A stretch of DNA of 64,000 nucleotides. Source: Chrysomallon squamiferum (lineage: Eukaryota > Animalia > Mollusca). Where the stretch lies: assembly GCA_012295275.1 (NCBI GenBank), contig CM022679.1, positions 1,922,001 to 1,986,000 on the forward strand, in the 5' to 3' direction. Numbering within the stretch: position 1 is the stretch's first letter; each line of letters begins with the position of its first letter. The position numbers and the translations under genes were made by a program. The notes under the pieces were generated by a model. It was not told the origin of the DNA. It searched no databases and worked only from the letters and a program-made list of their open reading frames with translations. Positions 50,499 through 64,000 of the stretch are shown in pieces.

Positions 50499-53400
50499 GA
50501 CTTCCATTTCATTTTTATACTGCCTAACCTCTTGTGCGTCTTTACAGGTTTTTAATTAAGTTTGTACTCCAAACTGGAGTGGATTTCATTTATGCGTATC
50601 AAATTTTTTGGTTTCACTCTCGTATAAACAGTTAATTTAGTTATTGCTTTTTAAATAAAAATGATAAAACAAATATTAATAGTGATTCTCATCAAGATTT
50701 TACCAGTACCTTTATTATTTTTATCATAATTTAAATGTTATGGCAATAGGCCAGACACTGTAAATTCACGAGGATGTTAGGAATGTAATATAATTTTCTA
50801 GAGGAATACATTTTAATATAGCTATGTTCATTACTGCAGAGTACTTGACTGGTAATTATGAAGATGATTTTGAACCAGATGAGAGTAATGAGTTTAATAA
50901 CAGATCATCAAGGAATGAGAAAAAGGTAATTCAGACCATCATTTTCTTGTCGTAATATATTGTTTTTATATTATTAAAGAGAGATATTTATGAGTGAGAT
51001 CTTATTTTTTGTTGGGTTTGGATAATGGTGAGGATGGCATTGTCTGAATAAGTAAGGGTGAAAAAGCAAGAATGAACAAATGTTTGAAATGTTAGGGTGA
51101 CCATTAGTCTAACACTGATAGGTTTTTGCAATTTCTGTACATGTAAGAAATAAAAATTCAGCCTGTATGAATTGTAAAGACTTGTTATTATTGTTATGTA
51201 TTATTAAATTCTTGAGTATTTAGTGTTCACAAATACCTGAAAGTTATTAGAAAGTAAAAATAAATTGTTACACTGTTTATTTTTTACATCCAATTTATTT
51301 ATTTATTTAATACTCTTCTGATTCCAGAAAGATTTTATTTTTATTATTATTATTATTATCGTTACCTGGCTTGGGTTATTAATAAACTTTAATTAGTGTT
51401 CTTGATAATTATATTTTAGGTTAGTCGCTCTTCGAGTAATGGGATGTCTTATGGTGATTCTGATAGTGATATTGAGATTGATGCCTCAGCATGTAACAGA
51501 AGTTCTGACAGTCGACCGTCCAGTGCGTGTAAGAGAACAAATTACCTGAAAACAAAAGCAGCAGCACTTAGAAAAGAAGAAGAAAACAATCGACTCAATC
51601 TCACAATATCTGACGTCAAAGTAAGACAGTTTTTTTGTTTTTTTTCAAAAGAAGAAAAATCTAACAATCTTTTCAGACTAATCTGATGTCAGAGAAAGAC
51701 ACTATTATTTTAACATAAATGGTGCATCATAACATTTCAGAATAGAGGGAAAATTTAACAATCTTTTCAGTTTGATAATAGCTGACATCAAAGTAATTGA
51801 GTATTTTTTTAATATAAAAAGTGTGTATTAAAATTTCCAAACAGAAGTAGAACTTAACAATCTTCTCAATCTGACATCTAATGTCAAAGTAAGAAACTAT
51901 CTTTTTAATATAAACAGTTTGTAATCAAATTTTCAAATAGAAGAAATTTTTAACAATCTTTTCAGTCTCATAATAGCTGATGTCAAAGTAAAACATCTTT
52001 GTATATTTTTTTCTTGTTGTGTAATAAATTTTAAATAATGAGAAACATTTATTATTTATTTATTATTACAATTTTCATTTTTATAATTACTAATGAATAA
52101 TATTAATAATTTTTCTCTGTTTTGCTGTTGATGTTATTATTAATGTCATTTCTGTTGTTAAAGATGCTGATTTAAAATAAAATGTCCTTTCATTCAGTAA
52201 AATTTGTTTATAATTGTTTTTTCAGAAATTACGCCAGAGTTTGGAAATGAATGCTTGTATAAAACAGACCTTGGCAATGGAAGTTAGTTCTGTAAGTACT
52301 GTACAGGAATATGTTAACTTTTAATTAATTATTAATTATTTTCTCATCTGAAACTGCACTCTCTTGTTTTCTTAACTATTTTTACTGTTTAAAGAAGAAC
52401 AAATAATAATTTTTCCTTTCAGAATTTTTATTATCTTTTTATGTTTAGTTTATTGTTGCTGTTATTAATATTACTGTTGTTATTATTATTATTATTATTT
52501 ATGTTATTATTATTATTATTGTTATTATAAAATCACTTCTGTGTAAATTCAAGGTGCTTCTTATTTACTAATAAACTATTAATTATTTTTCTTAAAAATA
52601 GTATTACTTTTTGAATATGGAAATTTTTAAAAATATTTGATTACCTCATTAAACGCCACCCATAAAATAACAATACCGTTCATAAGAGATTACCAATATG
52701 ATATAATCGATATCACTGATACTGGAGGTACTTTTTTTAAATTTTCTTTTTCTTTTTAAATATAACCTTGGAGGTTAAAATGTGGTCAAAATAAGGTACC
52801 TTCTGTCTTTTAGAAATGTTCCTACAGAGTCTTGTACAAATTATATTCCTCGCAGATAATTCAAGTTTCAGTTCAGAGTTTGATTTTGTATTTCTCTGAT
52901 GAATGTTACAATTTTTAAATAAAACAGTGGAATTTTAAGATGGTTTCTAAGACATATTTAATATAAAAAACATTGATTTATAGTTATAGAGCACCCAGCA
53001 AAAAGTGTTTTTTAATTTAAAATGTCTTTTTCACTAATTCAAAACATTTCACACCTTCTTTACCTATCTTTCCTTGATTTTGTTTTTTTTGACATTCACA
53101 TTCTTCCAACTATCTTTTGCACAAGTAGAATCCTGTCTGCCTTACATCTACAACAACAACAATACCACCATCATCATCTGATGAAGATATCATTGAGGAG
53201 ATAGTGGAGGTTTGGTTTGGTGTTTATTTGCATGACGTGCATTCATATGTTGGTTGTTTGCTTTCCAAATGCAGCATTTTCATGTTTCGTCTGATAGTTT
53301 TGAAAGTCACATAAGAAAAGAAGAGAAAAAAAACAAACACCCAAGAAAACTAGTTGAATTTTAATGAAAGAAAAACAAGAAAATATTCACTTAACCCATA

Positions 53401-56400
53401 ACCTATCCACATATACCAAAAAAGAAAAGAAAAAAAGAATTACAATAATAATAATAATAATAATAATAATTAATTAATTAATTAATTAAATCAGAACCCA
53501 TAGAAATAGCAAGAAAATAAAGGGAAGTAAATTGTATATGCTGTATTTGAAACGAGGGGAAAAGGAATAATAAAAATAAATAAGATAAATTATAACCTGA
53601 GAAAATGAAAGAAAAAGTAAATATAAAATATGTGAAACTTGTTATTCCAGCTGTTAAGATAACCTGAATGAATGTTTAGTAACACTGACAGTATATTGCA
53701 TATCAAAAGAAATAACACTATTTTATGTAAGTGAAAACAGACTCTTAAAAATACTGATATTAACCTCTTATTTTTATTGTCGTTATTCAAAATGCTTGGA
53801 TCTTGGTTGTAACTCAGACAGTAAAGCATTGATCAACCTTCCTTCGTGGGTCATTGGACTTTTTCTTGTTCTTCTGCACTTGTATGTCAAAGTATTATGG
53901 GAAGGTTCATTTATGATAAGTCTTACAGCTAATGATAAAATTACTCTTAGAGTAGCTGCAAGTCCTCATTATATGAAAACCTTGTACTTTACTTCCAGCA
54001 GTTGTCACAGAATCTTTGTGTGTTATCAAAAGATATTCATTGATTCAGTTAATTTTAAAAATATCTCAAATAAAAAACACTTGTGATCACGTGTTGTTAG
54101 TAAAGCAGGGCTTTCATTTTATTTTTCACTAGTGGGATGGAATTAGACTGCAAAAATAAATCGTTGGTTTGGGATGTTGATATTGAACTGCTAGTAAATG
54201 GGGCTGAATATAAACTACTGTTGAGATATTAAACAGCTGAAGATTTTAATTTAATGTTGAAAACATTTCTGATTTAGGCCTTGTCCCCAAAACATGCTTG
54301 TTAATTTCTGGGTTCCTGCATGAAAAAAGTAGCATAATTTGCTGAAATAGCAGAGGTCATCAGTTTAATTTGAAGGCCTTGAATAATAGAAAATCACAAA
54401 TGTTTACTAATTCATTAAGCAAATAAAACTTAACCTGTTTACTGATGAATTTTGTGTAGAAAGCAGGAAAATAACTTTCAGAGTATTTTGGAATTGAACA
54501 TTTTTATTATTGTTTATTAATATTATTTATTCATTTATGTGTAATTTCTTTATTATTCATTTATTATTATTATTTTAATTTATTTTTGGTGTTTTTTGTT
54601 TTTTGCATGTAATTTTCTGAGAAATGAACAGTTTGTGCTTATTTAGTTATTACTATATTTGTATAAAGATTTGTTGGTGGTTTTATTTTTAGTGTTTAAA
54701 TTATAAATTATAATCTGTATTTCAGCCATTTATATTGTTTCAGTTTATTTTTATCACAACTGTCAGTATTGAAATATTTTAATTTTATTTAATATTACTA
54801 TATTATTTTTATCAACAGTAAAAGTCAACAGTGAAATTATTTATATGTAAATGGTCTAACTGGAAAGTTGTCAATTTATAAAGGGTAAAATCATTTACAC
54901 ATTTATCTCACTGAAATTAATGTTGCTTGCATCATCTAAGGTGGATTTTTATAATTATTCAGGAAACAAATATTCCTATCTTCCATGACAAAGATGTTTA
55001 AAGGATAATGATTTATTTTATGTATTTATTTTATTTATTTATTTTATTTTAACTTCTTATATTTTTTGCCATGATGGTGGGTGGTAGGGAATGTTTAAAA
55101 GGTAATGATTTCATTTATTCACTTATTTATTTATAATTTATTTTTATTTTTAAATTATTTGTGGGGGTGGTGGGTGGGAGGGAATGTTGAAGAGACACAA
55201 CACCACTATGCTGCTGCAACATAAATTTGTTTTCAGAAATAAAATTGCATATGTCATAATTTCATAATATTCTGAGAAGAAGAAAACAATCAACAGTAAA
55301 CAGAATTTAAAAAAATACCATCTCTGTTGTTTTATTTTATTATTATTATCTTTTTATCTTTTATAAAAAAAAAAAAATTATAATTTTTTTTGTATTATAT
55401 TTTATAATTTTTAATACAATAGGGTATTGCTTTATTTTTTTTATTTTTTTTTTTTTTATAGTATTATTATTATATTTTTTTTTGTTGTTGTTGTTGTTGT
55501 TGTTTTTTGTAATGGGGGTGTTGCTTTATTTTTAAGTTTTTGTTTTCACTAAGTGTATTTCAAGTGAACATTAGCAGCTGACATTTATGTTATGATTTTT
55601 CTCACCAGGATGAGGAAGACTTTGGAAAGGAATCTCCCATACAGGAAGAAGACAGTGAAGAAGATGAAATTGCCGAGGAGCTTGTTCCCGCCATGGACAG
55701 TATCTGTCTGGAAGGACAGAAATCACCAGTGAGAAATCCACTGAAACCTGATGATACCATTGTTCTAGAGTTTGCTCCTCCCCCTGTTAATCGTAAGTTC
55801 TGTCTCATGTATCTTTATTTTAATGTTTAATTAGTTGTTAACTGTACAGAATACATGAAGGATTAGTTAGTGAATAGAAATGTGATAGTGAAACTATCTG
55901 TTGACATATGTAAAAGAAATTTTCAACTAAAATAAATACCTTTGCATTATTGTCTCCCATCCTTTTGTTTGTCTATCTTTATTAGACTTAATCTGTTGTC
56001 ATTTCTTTCATACACAAACACACACACGCACACACACTGTATTGTCCTACTGAACAAAATAACATTATGAAACACTTGAAGATTATCTGTATCTTCTCCT
56101 CTGTTTTACTATTAATTCTTCTGTTATTCTAAATTGATTTTTAAATTACAGGTAAGATTGAAAGAAATCTCTCAGCTCCTAGAAAGAAGGATGTGGATTT
56201 GGAGGGTGTACCTAAAACTCCTACAACCAAGCAGCTCCTTCAACCTTTGAATCGACCTCTCTCATCCAAGTCACCTCGAGACAAGGAACTTGGGCCAGGT
56301 GAAATTTTTAATATACTATATTCTGTTACCTCAATGGTAGATCTACATTTGACTTTAAAGGAAATGTCAGTGAAATACTTCCTCCATCTGGTTTGATAAA

Positions 56401-59400
56401 CAAAAAATATTAATGCAGATTTATAAAATTTGTCAAAACAATTAAAACTCTTCCACTAGCTGATCTGTTTTTTGAGCTAGGGTGTCATTAAACCTATATT
56501 CATTGTTTATTATTTATTTTTATTTTATTTTTCATTTTTTTACATTTTGTTTCTAGTAACTCCTACCCAGAAGAAAAACAAACCATTGACTGTACATCGG
56601 AAAAATACTGACGACAAACTCGACTCCTCACAAGAAGCATCTGCTGTGATGAAAGCCTTGCAGGCTGAAAATGAAAAAGCTAAACATTTTTCAAAAGAAT
56701 TAAAAGTCAGTCCTAGACCACAAGTGAGTGTTTTTAGTATTTCTGATTTTAAATTTACACATTAAATTCCAATAATGATGTTTAACACATCAACCATGAA
56801 CTTATTTTGAGTTTGAAATCATGAAAATGTTTAAAGCTTTATTAAATTTGGACTGGAATTCTCAATAAATTGATTAGCCTTTACAAAATAATTTCGAAAT
56901 TTTTTTTATTTTTTTTTATTTTTTAGGATATTAAATGTCGCATTTTTACAAAAAATAAAAAGTTAAAAAATTAAAAATTAAAAAAAAATAATAATAATAA
57001 TAATAATAATAACCATAAAAATATTATAACAGTATTATAATAAAAGTTTCCTTATGAAAAACAAAAACACCTCACTAATTTATTCTATGTGTGAGTTGTA
57101 AACATTTATAGAACACTTCTTTTATTTAGATCTGTCCAAGTTCTGGCACCCCTAGGTCCTCCCCCTCCAGGTTCACAACCCCTACTCCTGCCAAAAATAC
57201 TCCTGCCAACAAAACATCGTCAGAAAGCAGAGATGGTGGCCTCACTGATGATAAAATGCACAGTATTATCACCAAGGTGCTGGGGATGAATCCAAAGTAT
57301 GTCTCATCCATTATTATTTTGTACTTGATTAAGTTAATTAGGGTTCTGTCACTTTCTTAAAATGTAAAGTTATACAAAAATATATACAGAGAGCTTAAAA
57401 GTTGCCAGTTTTAAAATTAAAATAGGTTGAAACAGATCCAAGAGTTTGATTAAATAAGCCAAAACAGGAAAAAGAGGAAAGTAGACTGAGGTAGAAGTAG
57501 GGTGGGGAAAGAATAGGTGAGAAGAATGAATAAAATGGGAGAGAAAAGCAGGCTTAGAGATAGAATGACAAAAAACAAAAGAGGGAAAGAGAAAAAGAGA
57601 AGGTAAGAAAAGATTAAGAAGTTAGTTTGAAAAATGGAAGAGGAAAGATTTAACTGTAAAATAATACAGGTGTGGTGTTTACCTCTCTTGTTTCCAGACA
57701 ACAGCGTAATTTAATGAAGACTCTGGGAAAGTTGGAGAAAGCAGCAAGTGTGCCAGAAAGTCGCCCACCCTCAAACGTCCCCGTCAAAGCTGCAGCCCCA
57801 GTTTCTGTTGTACACAGCAGCACAAAGGTATTATTTCACATACATTCATGTGCAGTGTGTATGTGTGAGTGTTTGTTTGTGTGTGTGTTTTGTGCAGATG
57901 TTTTGTTTGTGTGACCATCTGCACATACATGTGTCCTGGCCTTTTCTTTCATGCTGTGTGTTTATGTGGAATTTTGAATTTTGTATTTTTTATTTTACTT
58001 CAAAGTTAAGAGTTATATAGGTTAAATAAAAAAAATACATCCCATCCATTCCAGACAGATGTTATTGAAGTGAATATGGAAATCCTTTCAAACTGGGGAA
58101 ATCCAGAACGATTAGGACTGACAGAGTTACAGTTCTTTGATCAAGATGGCCACCTCATTCCACTGGATGCCAACGATATCAGTGTTCATGGAGCTACCGG
58201 TTGTAAGACTGATCTGGACGTACTCTGCAACGGCAAAACCAAAGTAAAACATTTCGTTTAAAATAGTTGTGTGAAAAGTCACATTTACATCTGTTATGTA
58301 GGGGTGGAGAGGAAAACCTTTATGATAAAAATTTACTGATGTTTTTAAAATATATTTAAGTGCAAGGGAAATAAGTTTATTACAGAATTGTTTATTTTTG
58401 TTAATCTTAGAAATGTTAATGTTTGTCTGCTTTTGCCATCTTTTTACATTTTTATTGGTGTACATACATTTGTATATGTGTGTAGAATTGTAATTAATAA
58501 TATGTTTCATTTCATTTCATTTTAGACTATAAAAGAAAGGTATATGTGGGTGTGCAATTTCTTAAGAAAGGGTTCTGTTGAGTTTGTGATTATGCTGCAG
58601 AATCCAACACCAAACAAACACTTTGAAATCTCAACAATAAAATTCTGGAATTATAACAAAAACATTAATGTAAGTTTATTTCTCTTTAATGTGTCTTGAA
58701 TATATTTTATTCATATATTTCAGTAATTTGTTGTTAATTTAATTGACACTTGAATAGTGGTTCATTTATCTTAATATTTTTTATCACATATTTTAAAGTT
58801 TTTTTATATTAAAGATATTAATTTAAATACACAATTCATATAATTTTATTATACACTGAACAAAGGAAACTAACCTTGGCATTTGAAAAAAACAATTTCC
58901 ATGCATTAATTCATCATTTGTAAAAGAACATGATTTTTCTTTCAAATGATATTAAAATTCTGAATACCTGACAACTGTGTTTTTTAATCCAGTATTATTA
59001 CAATTTATTCTCATGATTAGGCTCACAAATTTATTAAAAGAAAATACACGTTTTTATTTTACAGGATCTTGATATGGGAGCCCGGCATGTGAGAATTTTT
59101 GTAGGTGGAGAACTTGTGTTTGATGGAGATGTTGAAAAAGGTTGTGGAAATCAAATTTTCGACTACAGTTCTGTGATAAATGTCTCAGGGAAAGATAACT
59201 CTGCTTCAAAGGGACACAACTCTAGTGAGGTGTCTCCTACAGATGGTCCAGACAGTGCTCGTAGTGTCAGTAGATCACCACAGTCATCTGCATCGTCATC
59301 AGGATCGCACACGTCATCGGCAAGGCAGAGACGACGCGAGGAGAAAGGAAACCACGTGCGCAGCGAGACACGGACCATGGACCACGCTGTCAACATGGAC

Positions 59401-59464
59401 GTACATCGTCCTGCTCTGGGGTCTGACAGATCAGAATCTAGTCCAGAAAATCAGGAATATCAAG
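48478..59464 (+). CDS. KATNIP: Katanin-interacting protein KATNIP/KIAA0556 (3'-truncated; continues beyond window)
   Basis: Exons 48478-48484, 49042-49097, 49341-49411 (EHLLLLQERNR), 49704-49858 (KENGFVLYVNGAN..AHTA), 50177-50359, 50840-50925 (YEDDFE), 51420-51620, 52226-52291 (KLRQSLE), 53129-53209, 55609-55792, 56152-56298, 56557-56723, 57130-57296, 57698-57827, 58055-58243 (EILSNWGNPERLGLTELQFFD..L.NGKTK), 58526-58669 (TIKERYMW..IKFWNYN) and 59065-59464 (DMGARHVRI..GDVEKGCGNQIFDY; DUF4457-type repeat). Confidence 0.9.
51575..51995 (+). repeat. ~5 diverged copies (~77-98 bp spacing) spanning a KATNIP exon end and donor
   Basis: aacaatc..tca.tct.a.aata.ctga.gtcaaa|gtaa at ~51585 (true exon end 51620), ~51663, ~51757, ~51856 and ~51952. 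Confidence 0.75.
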
Positions 59465-62400
59465 GTTTGTGTTTAATATATATATATATATATGTATGTA
59501 TTACATATATATAAATACATAGATGCACACATGTATATATGTATGTAATATAAAACTTGAGTTTTGCATTAATTCGTGTGACAGTTTATAAATTGAGTTT
59601 GATATTTTAGACAGATACCACAGTGACATGTTATATCATGTTTAAGTAAATTGAGAGGAAAATCAGAAATGTTTTGTGCAAATCAGATGAATTCATTGAC
59701 AGAGTAACTGTGATAGTTCTGCCATATCAATTCATATTGTTTAAAATACTGCGTGCACTTGGAGAATTGGAACAAATCATTCAAAGAAGAAGTTACATTA
59801 TCGTTAGTTAATACTGAAACTGTTACAATAATATACTGATTTTACAAGTTGCTGTTCACTTCAAAAAACAAAATAACACTAACAAAATTTCTTGCAGTGT
59901 GTTAATTACAGATTCTGAACTGACTTTTCATCTGTGAGGAATTAGTCTAAAAGTTATTATTATAAAATTATTAAGCAAATTTGACCTTACACAATGTTTT
60001 TTTATTTATGCTTAATGTAAAACATCAAAAAGTTAATTAATAATGAAATGTAAAATTATTTAAAATATGTATTTCTGTAAATTTATTATAATTGATCAAC
60101 ATTAAAACATCACCAACATTTCATCTTTTTCATACTGTGAAAAATCCTGTTTGTTGTATTAAATGATAAATAAAGATGCATCATTCTATTTATTAACCAG
60201 TGAGAATGAGACATTGAGAGTTTGTATGTGTCACTTGTCACCAGTTTTATAGATCATTCACTTTAGCTGGATATTTGAGCATGTTTTAGCAGTAAGAAAT
60301 TCTTTAAATGTTTGATTTTCAATTTTTTTTTTAAATTTTCTCTTCATTTTTATTTATTTATTTAATTTATTTTATTTTTTTAATGGTTTTTTTTTTTTTC
60401 ATTAAATTTTAAAGTTTTAAAGTTTTTATTTACAATCCTGATACATATTTTAATATTTTCAAAATACATTAAAATACAGATCATTTCATAAAAGAAGAAA
60501 TTATTGTTACAATTAGTGAATTAATTTACAAGCTGGAATATGCTTAAATTTTACAAAAAGGTGAATTAACATATTAAAAAATAAAATTACAGAATGTAAC
60601 TTTTAAAAATAAAATTTAATTTTAAGAATTAGAGAATAATGAATTTAAATAGAAAAGTAAGATTACTGCATATCCTGGGTGGTAAACTGACATGGATACA
60701 CAATGAAAGGAAGTTAAATACAGGCTCAACTAAAAGACTATAAATAAATACTTTTTTATTTAATATGTCATTTTTTCAAACTATTTTTTATTAGATTATG
60801 TATTGTAGATGACATTTTATCTATTTACTTTTTATTTTTTATTATTTACCTCAAACATTTTTATTGATAGTGATTGCCAAAACCTGAACTAAACCTTCAT
60901 AACAGTTATCTTTAAATTCAGTTTTAGATCAAAGAATTTCTTTTCATTTTTATTTCTTTTCTCTTTCTTTCTTTCTTTTTTATTTATTTTTAATTTTTTA
61001 TCTATTATTTATTATTTATTTTTATTTTTATTTTTTTTATTTTTTTATTTGATGACCAAATTTAGTAATAAATATTAATTGTATTTTTTGAAGTAAAAAA
61101 AGATTTAATGTCAAATAAAGATTAAAAAGCAGCAGTTAAGTTATATTTACATAGTCCCACAAGTGAAATAGAGATTAAGAGTCAAAGACACACACTGTAA
61201 AAACATTTATTACTTTTAATGCCTGCTGCGTGTTTACCATTTAAATCTATGTGTTTTGTTCAGGTTAAAATACGTTCTGACTGCTGCTGTTATTATATTT
61301 GTGTATGATACATAGGCAACTGAGAGAAGTTATTTCTTTGTGTTAAATACATGTCTTTGCACTGAAATCAGATCACTGGTTGTAATAAAAAAAAAAGTAG
61401 TTATGAACCGAAAGAAAATAGGATTTTTTATTTAACTCAAAGTGCATTATTAAATGTGATATTTATCAGAAGTTTTTTTTTTCTGTCCTGTCAGTATATT
61501 ATTGTCTTCAAGAAGTATTGTACAAATCTGCTGTTTATTTAAATCTCTTCTTAGTGTTAGTGTGGCCTTCCTCACCTACACAGGTTTACTTTGATATTTT
61601 GAGATAAGATGTGAAGTGGATACTATCAAAAAAGTAAAGATGACAAATTAAACCAATAACTGAAGTTAAAGTTATTTAAATCAGTGGTTAAACAAACATT
61701 TTGGGGGTCACTATTTCTTTTTCTGTCTTCTGTTTTGAGCTGTAGTGCTCACTGTTCCTTTTTAACTGTAAAGATTTTTTGTTTACAATGTGCACCAGCT
61801 GATAAGTGGAAGGAAAAGCAAATTTTATTTATCACCTCCTTTCACATTCATCTAGACCCAAGGAAAATAATTGACCAGTTTTGAAACTTCATATTTAAAT
61901 GATTTAAACAAACCTGGCATCTGATTTCTATTTAAAAAAAAACAAATCTGATTAATTTTTCAAGTGCTGTTAGATCACTGACCACTTTTTGTGTTTCTTT
62001 TTAACATTATGTCTCTGCTGTCTGTGTATTTCATTCTCTGCTATAGAAAAACATTCATTCTTCTCATGCTTACAAGAAAGTGAAAACCTTTTGGGTGATG
62101 GTCTTGTAAAAGAAATCTTTATAATCTGTAATATATAAATATTCTGTAGTTCTTTACTGTCTAAAATTAATATGGGATATTGTTGTAAAAGTTAAATAAT
62201 GATCTTTGAGATGTCTTGCTATAGATTCTTTGTTTGTTGTTAGTTTTGTGAAATGTTAAATTTCTGTTTTATTAAGAAAGTGAATATTTGAATTGCGTGA
62301 AACTGCTATTGTAAGCTATCTGATATTTTTGATAATAAATGTAGCTGACATGTTGGCTGTTTGCCATTTCTCTAACAAGTGTGTATGTACCCACTGCTAA

Positions 62401-62489
62401 TTGACAAACCTATACAATACAGTATTATAAATAATTTATGTTTGTACAAACGTGTGTGTGTCTGGAGAAGAGGTATACTTCAGTGTTTG

Positions 62490-62650
62490 TTTCAGTATGA
62501 TTGTGTAGGTAATGAATGAAAATGTTTCTGTTTATATTATATTACAGGGTGTATGTATGTGTGTTAGGTTTGTGTGAGTGTGTGTCTAGATATGTTAATT
62601 TTTCAGTATAATGGTGTAGGTAGTAAATGAAAATGTTTCTGTTTATATTT
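62490..62650. repeat. Two-copy intronic direct repeat (~110 bp period)
   Basis: tcagtat(g/a)at(t/g)gtgtaggta..(g/a)aatgaaaatgtttctgtttatatt at ~62492 and ~62603. Confidence 0.75.
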
Positions 62651-64000
62651 TATACTGTTCATTATATTACAAGGTATGTCTGTATATAAGTGTAGGTGTG
62701 TGTGTGTGTGTGTTGTTGTGTGTGTCTGTGTGTTTTTATGCATTTTTATATGCAAATCATCACACCACAGTGACAAATTAAAAGGTTCATTTTTTTAATT
62801 ATTATTTTATTATTTTAATTTAATTTTTTTTTTTTTTTTTTGACAATTAAAGAGACAATACAGTGGGTGCTGCAGTGGCTGATGTTGTCAGATTAACAAT
62901 TTAACAGTTGCTGCATTGTTTAATTACTCACACTGGAACAATTCCTCCTTGTTTACATACAGCTTCCATGGTGATTATTTTCAGGTCAAGAAAAATCAAT
63001 ATGTAGACAGTAAAACATTTTGTTTTCGTTTTGTTCTGTTACGAGAGCTGAGAACTTGAAAACCTTTGGTGCAGAGTTTTCTTATTTTCACTGGATTCAT
63101 ATTTCAGTGGGTTCAGTTATTAAAAACATGAATTAACTGAAAACTGTTAACAGTTCAGTAGTGTAAAGACATTTACACACTGTCTATAGTGTATCTATGC
63201 CAGAAGGGCATGAACACAAAATGGATATTTTTAACACTGTTATGTTCAGATTTCTAATGGACATTGCTGTGTTGATTTACAAAAAGAAAATTATTTGTTC
63301 CTGTGTGTTTGATGTAGAATACTGCAGGTAAAAATTTCACAGATTAGCTTAGACTGCTATAATGGTATATTTTCATGGCTTTTGTTTATGTCTGTTGTTT
63401 GTTTTTCAAGGTTGTCAGAATATTTTAGATGCGGTATAATTAGACAGAGATGAACTCTGTTGTATATTTGATTTTGTAATTAGACATTTTTAATTGTGTG
63501 TGTTTGTGTGTGTGTGTGGATGTGTATGCATTGTAGGCATGTGTGTGTTCTTAAAAATGTTAAATAAAAAAATGAATTAAATTTTTTAGATTAAAAACAT
63601 ATCTTTAAAAAAGAAATTATAATGAAAAGAAGCATTATGACTTGACACACTATTTTGTATTTGTGTAAAACCTTTGTGATTTTTTTTGTGGAAGTATGGA
63701 AATCATTAACAGGCAGTAAACAGATTTTTATGTTTTTCCTAGCTACAACATTAATATTTTTTTTAAATAAACCAAACCATCACTTTGTGAAAAAAATCTA
63801 ATTTTGTTTTAATTATTATTACTTTATTTTTAAAAAAAAAAAAAAAATTTATTTGTATAATTTTGTTTTATTTTATTATTTATTTATTTATTTATTTATT
63901 TATTAGTGTCCTTGATAAAATAATAATTTGTAATGACTACAGGTTGAGAATCACATTTTTGGAAATTCTAAAATCCATAAACTCTGTTTCATGCAGTTTT

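Noticed and set aside
59465-64000. Possible further exons or a nested gene in the last 4.5 kb
   Set aside because: No phase-consistent exon with recognisable protein signal was found, so it is treated as KATNIP intron.

Overview
AT-rich, intron-dense animal genomic DNA, with no prokaryotic features, CRISPR arrays, rRNA or tRNA seen. The gene set and repeat style suggest a mollusc or other lophotrochozoan (inference). Genes in order: (1) 3' part of a multi-exon adhesion GPCR (EGF-SEA-Ig-Ig-HRM-GAIN/GPS-7TM, + strand, 670-15801); (2) a low-complexity repeat tract (17.7-21 kb); (3) a head-to-head pair of intronless, divergent Cys-loop (nAChR-like) channel genes (23863-24999 - and ~25614-30327 +), the second carrying ~50 tandem copies of a 16-aa S/T/Q/N/E-rich repeat in front of its ligand-binding domain; (4) TMEM26-like (-); (5) phosphomannomutase (+); (6) TSEN54 (-, with a GC-AG intron); (7) 5' part of KATNIP/KIAA0556 (+), head-to-head with TSEN54. 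The two strongest candidates for novelty are the divergent channel pair, which lacks the acetylcholine-binding residues and has an altered pore gate and a giant repeat ectodomain, and a recurring class of tandem repeats whose unit straddles an exon-intron junction and so multiplies splice sites in three unrelated genes. Exon coordinates were read by hand and may be off by a few bases.
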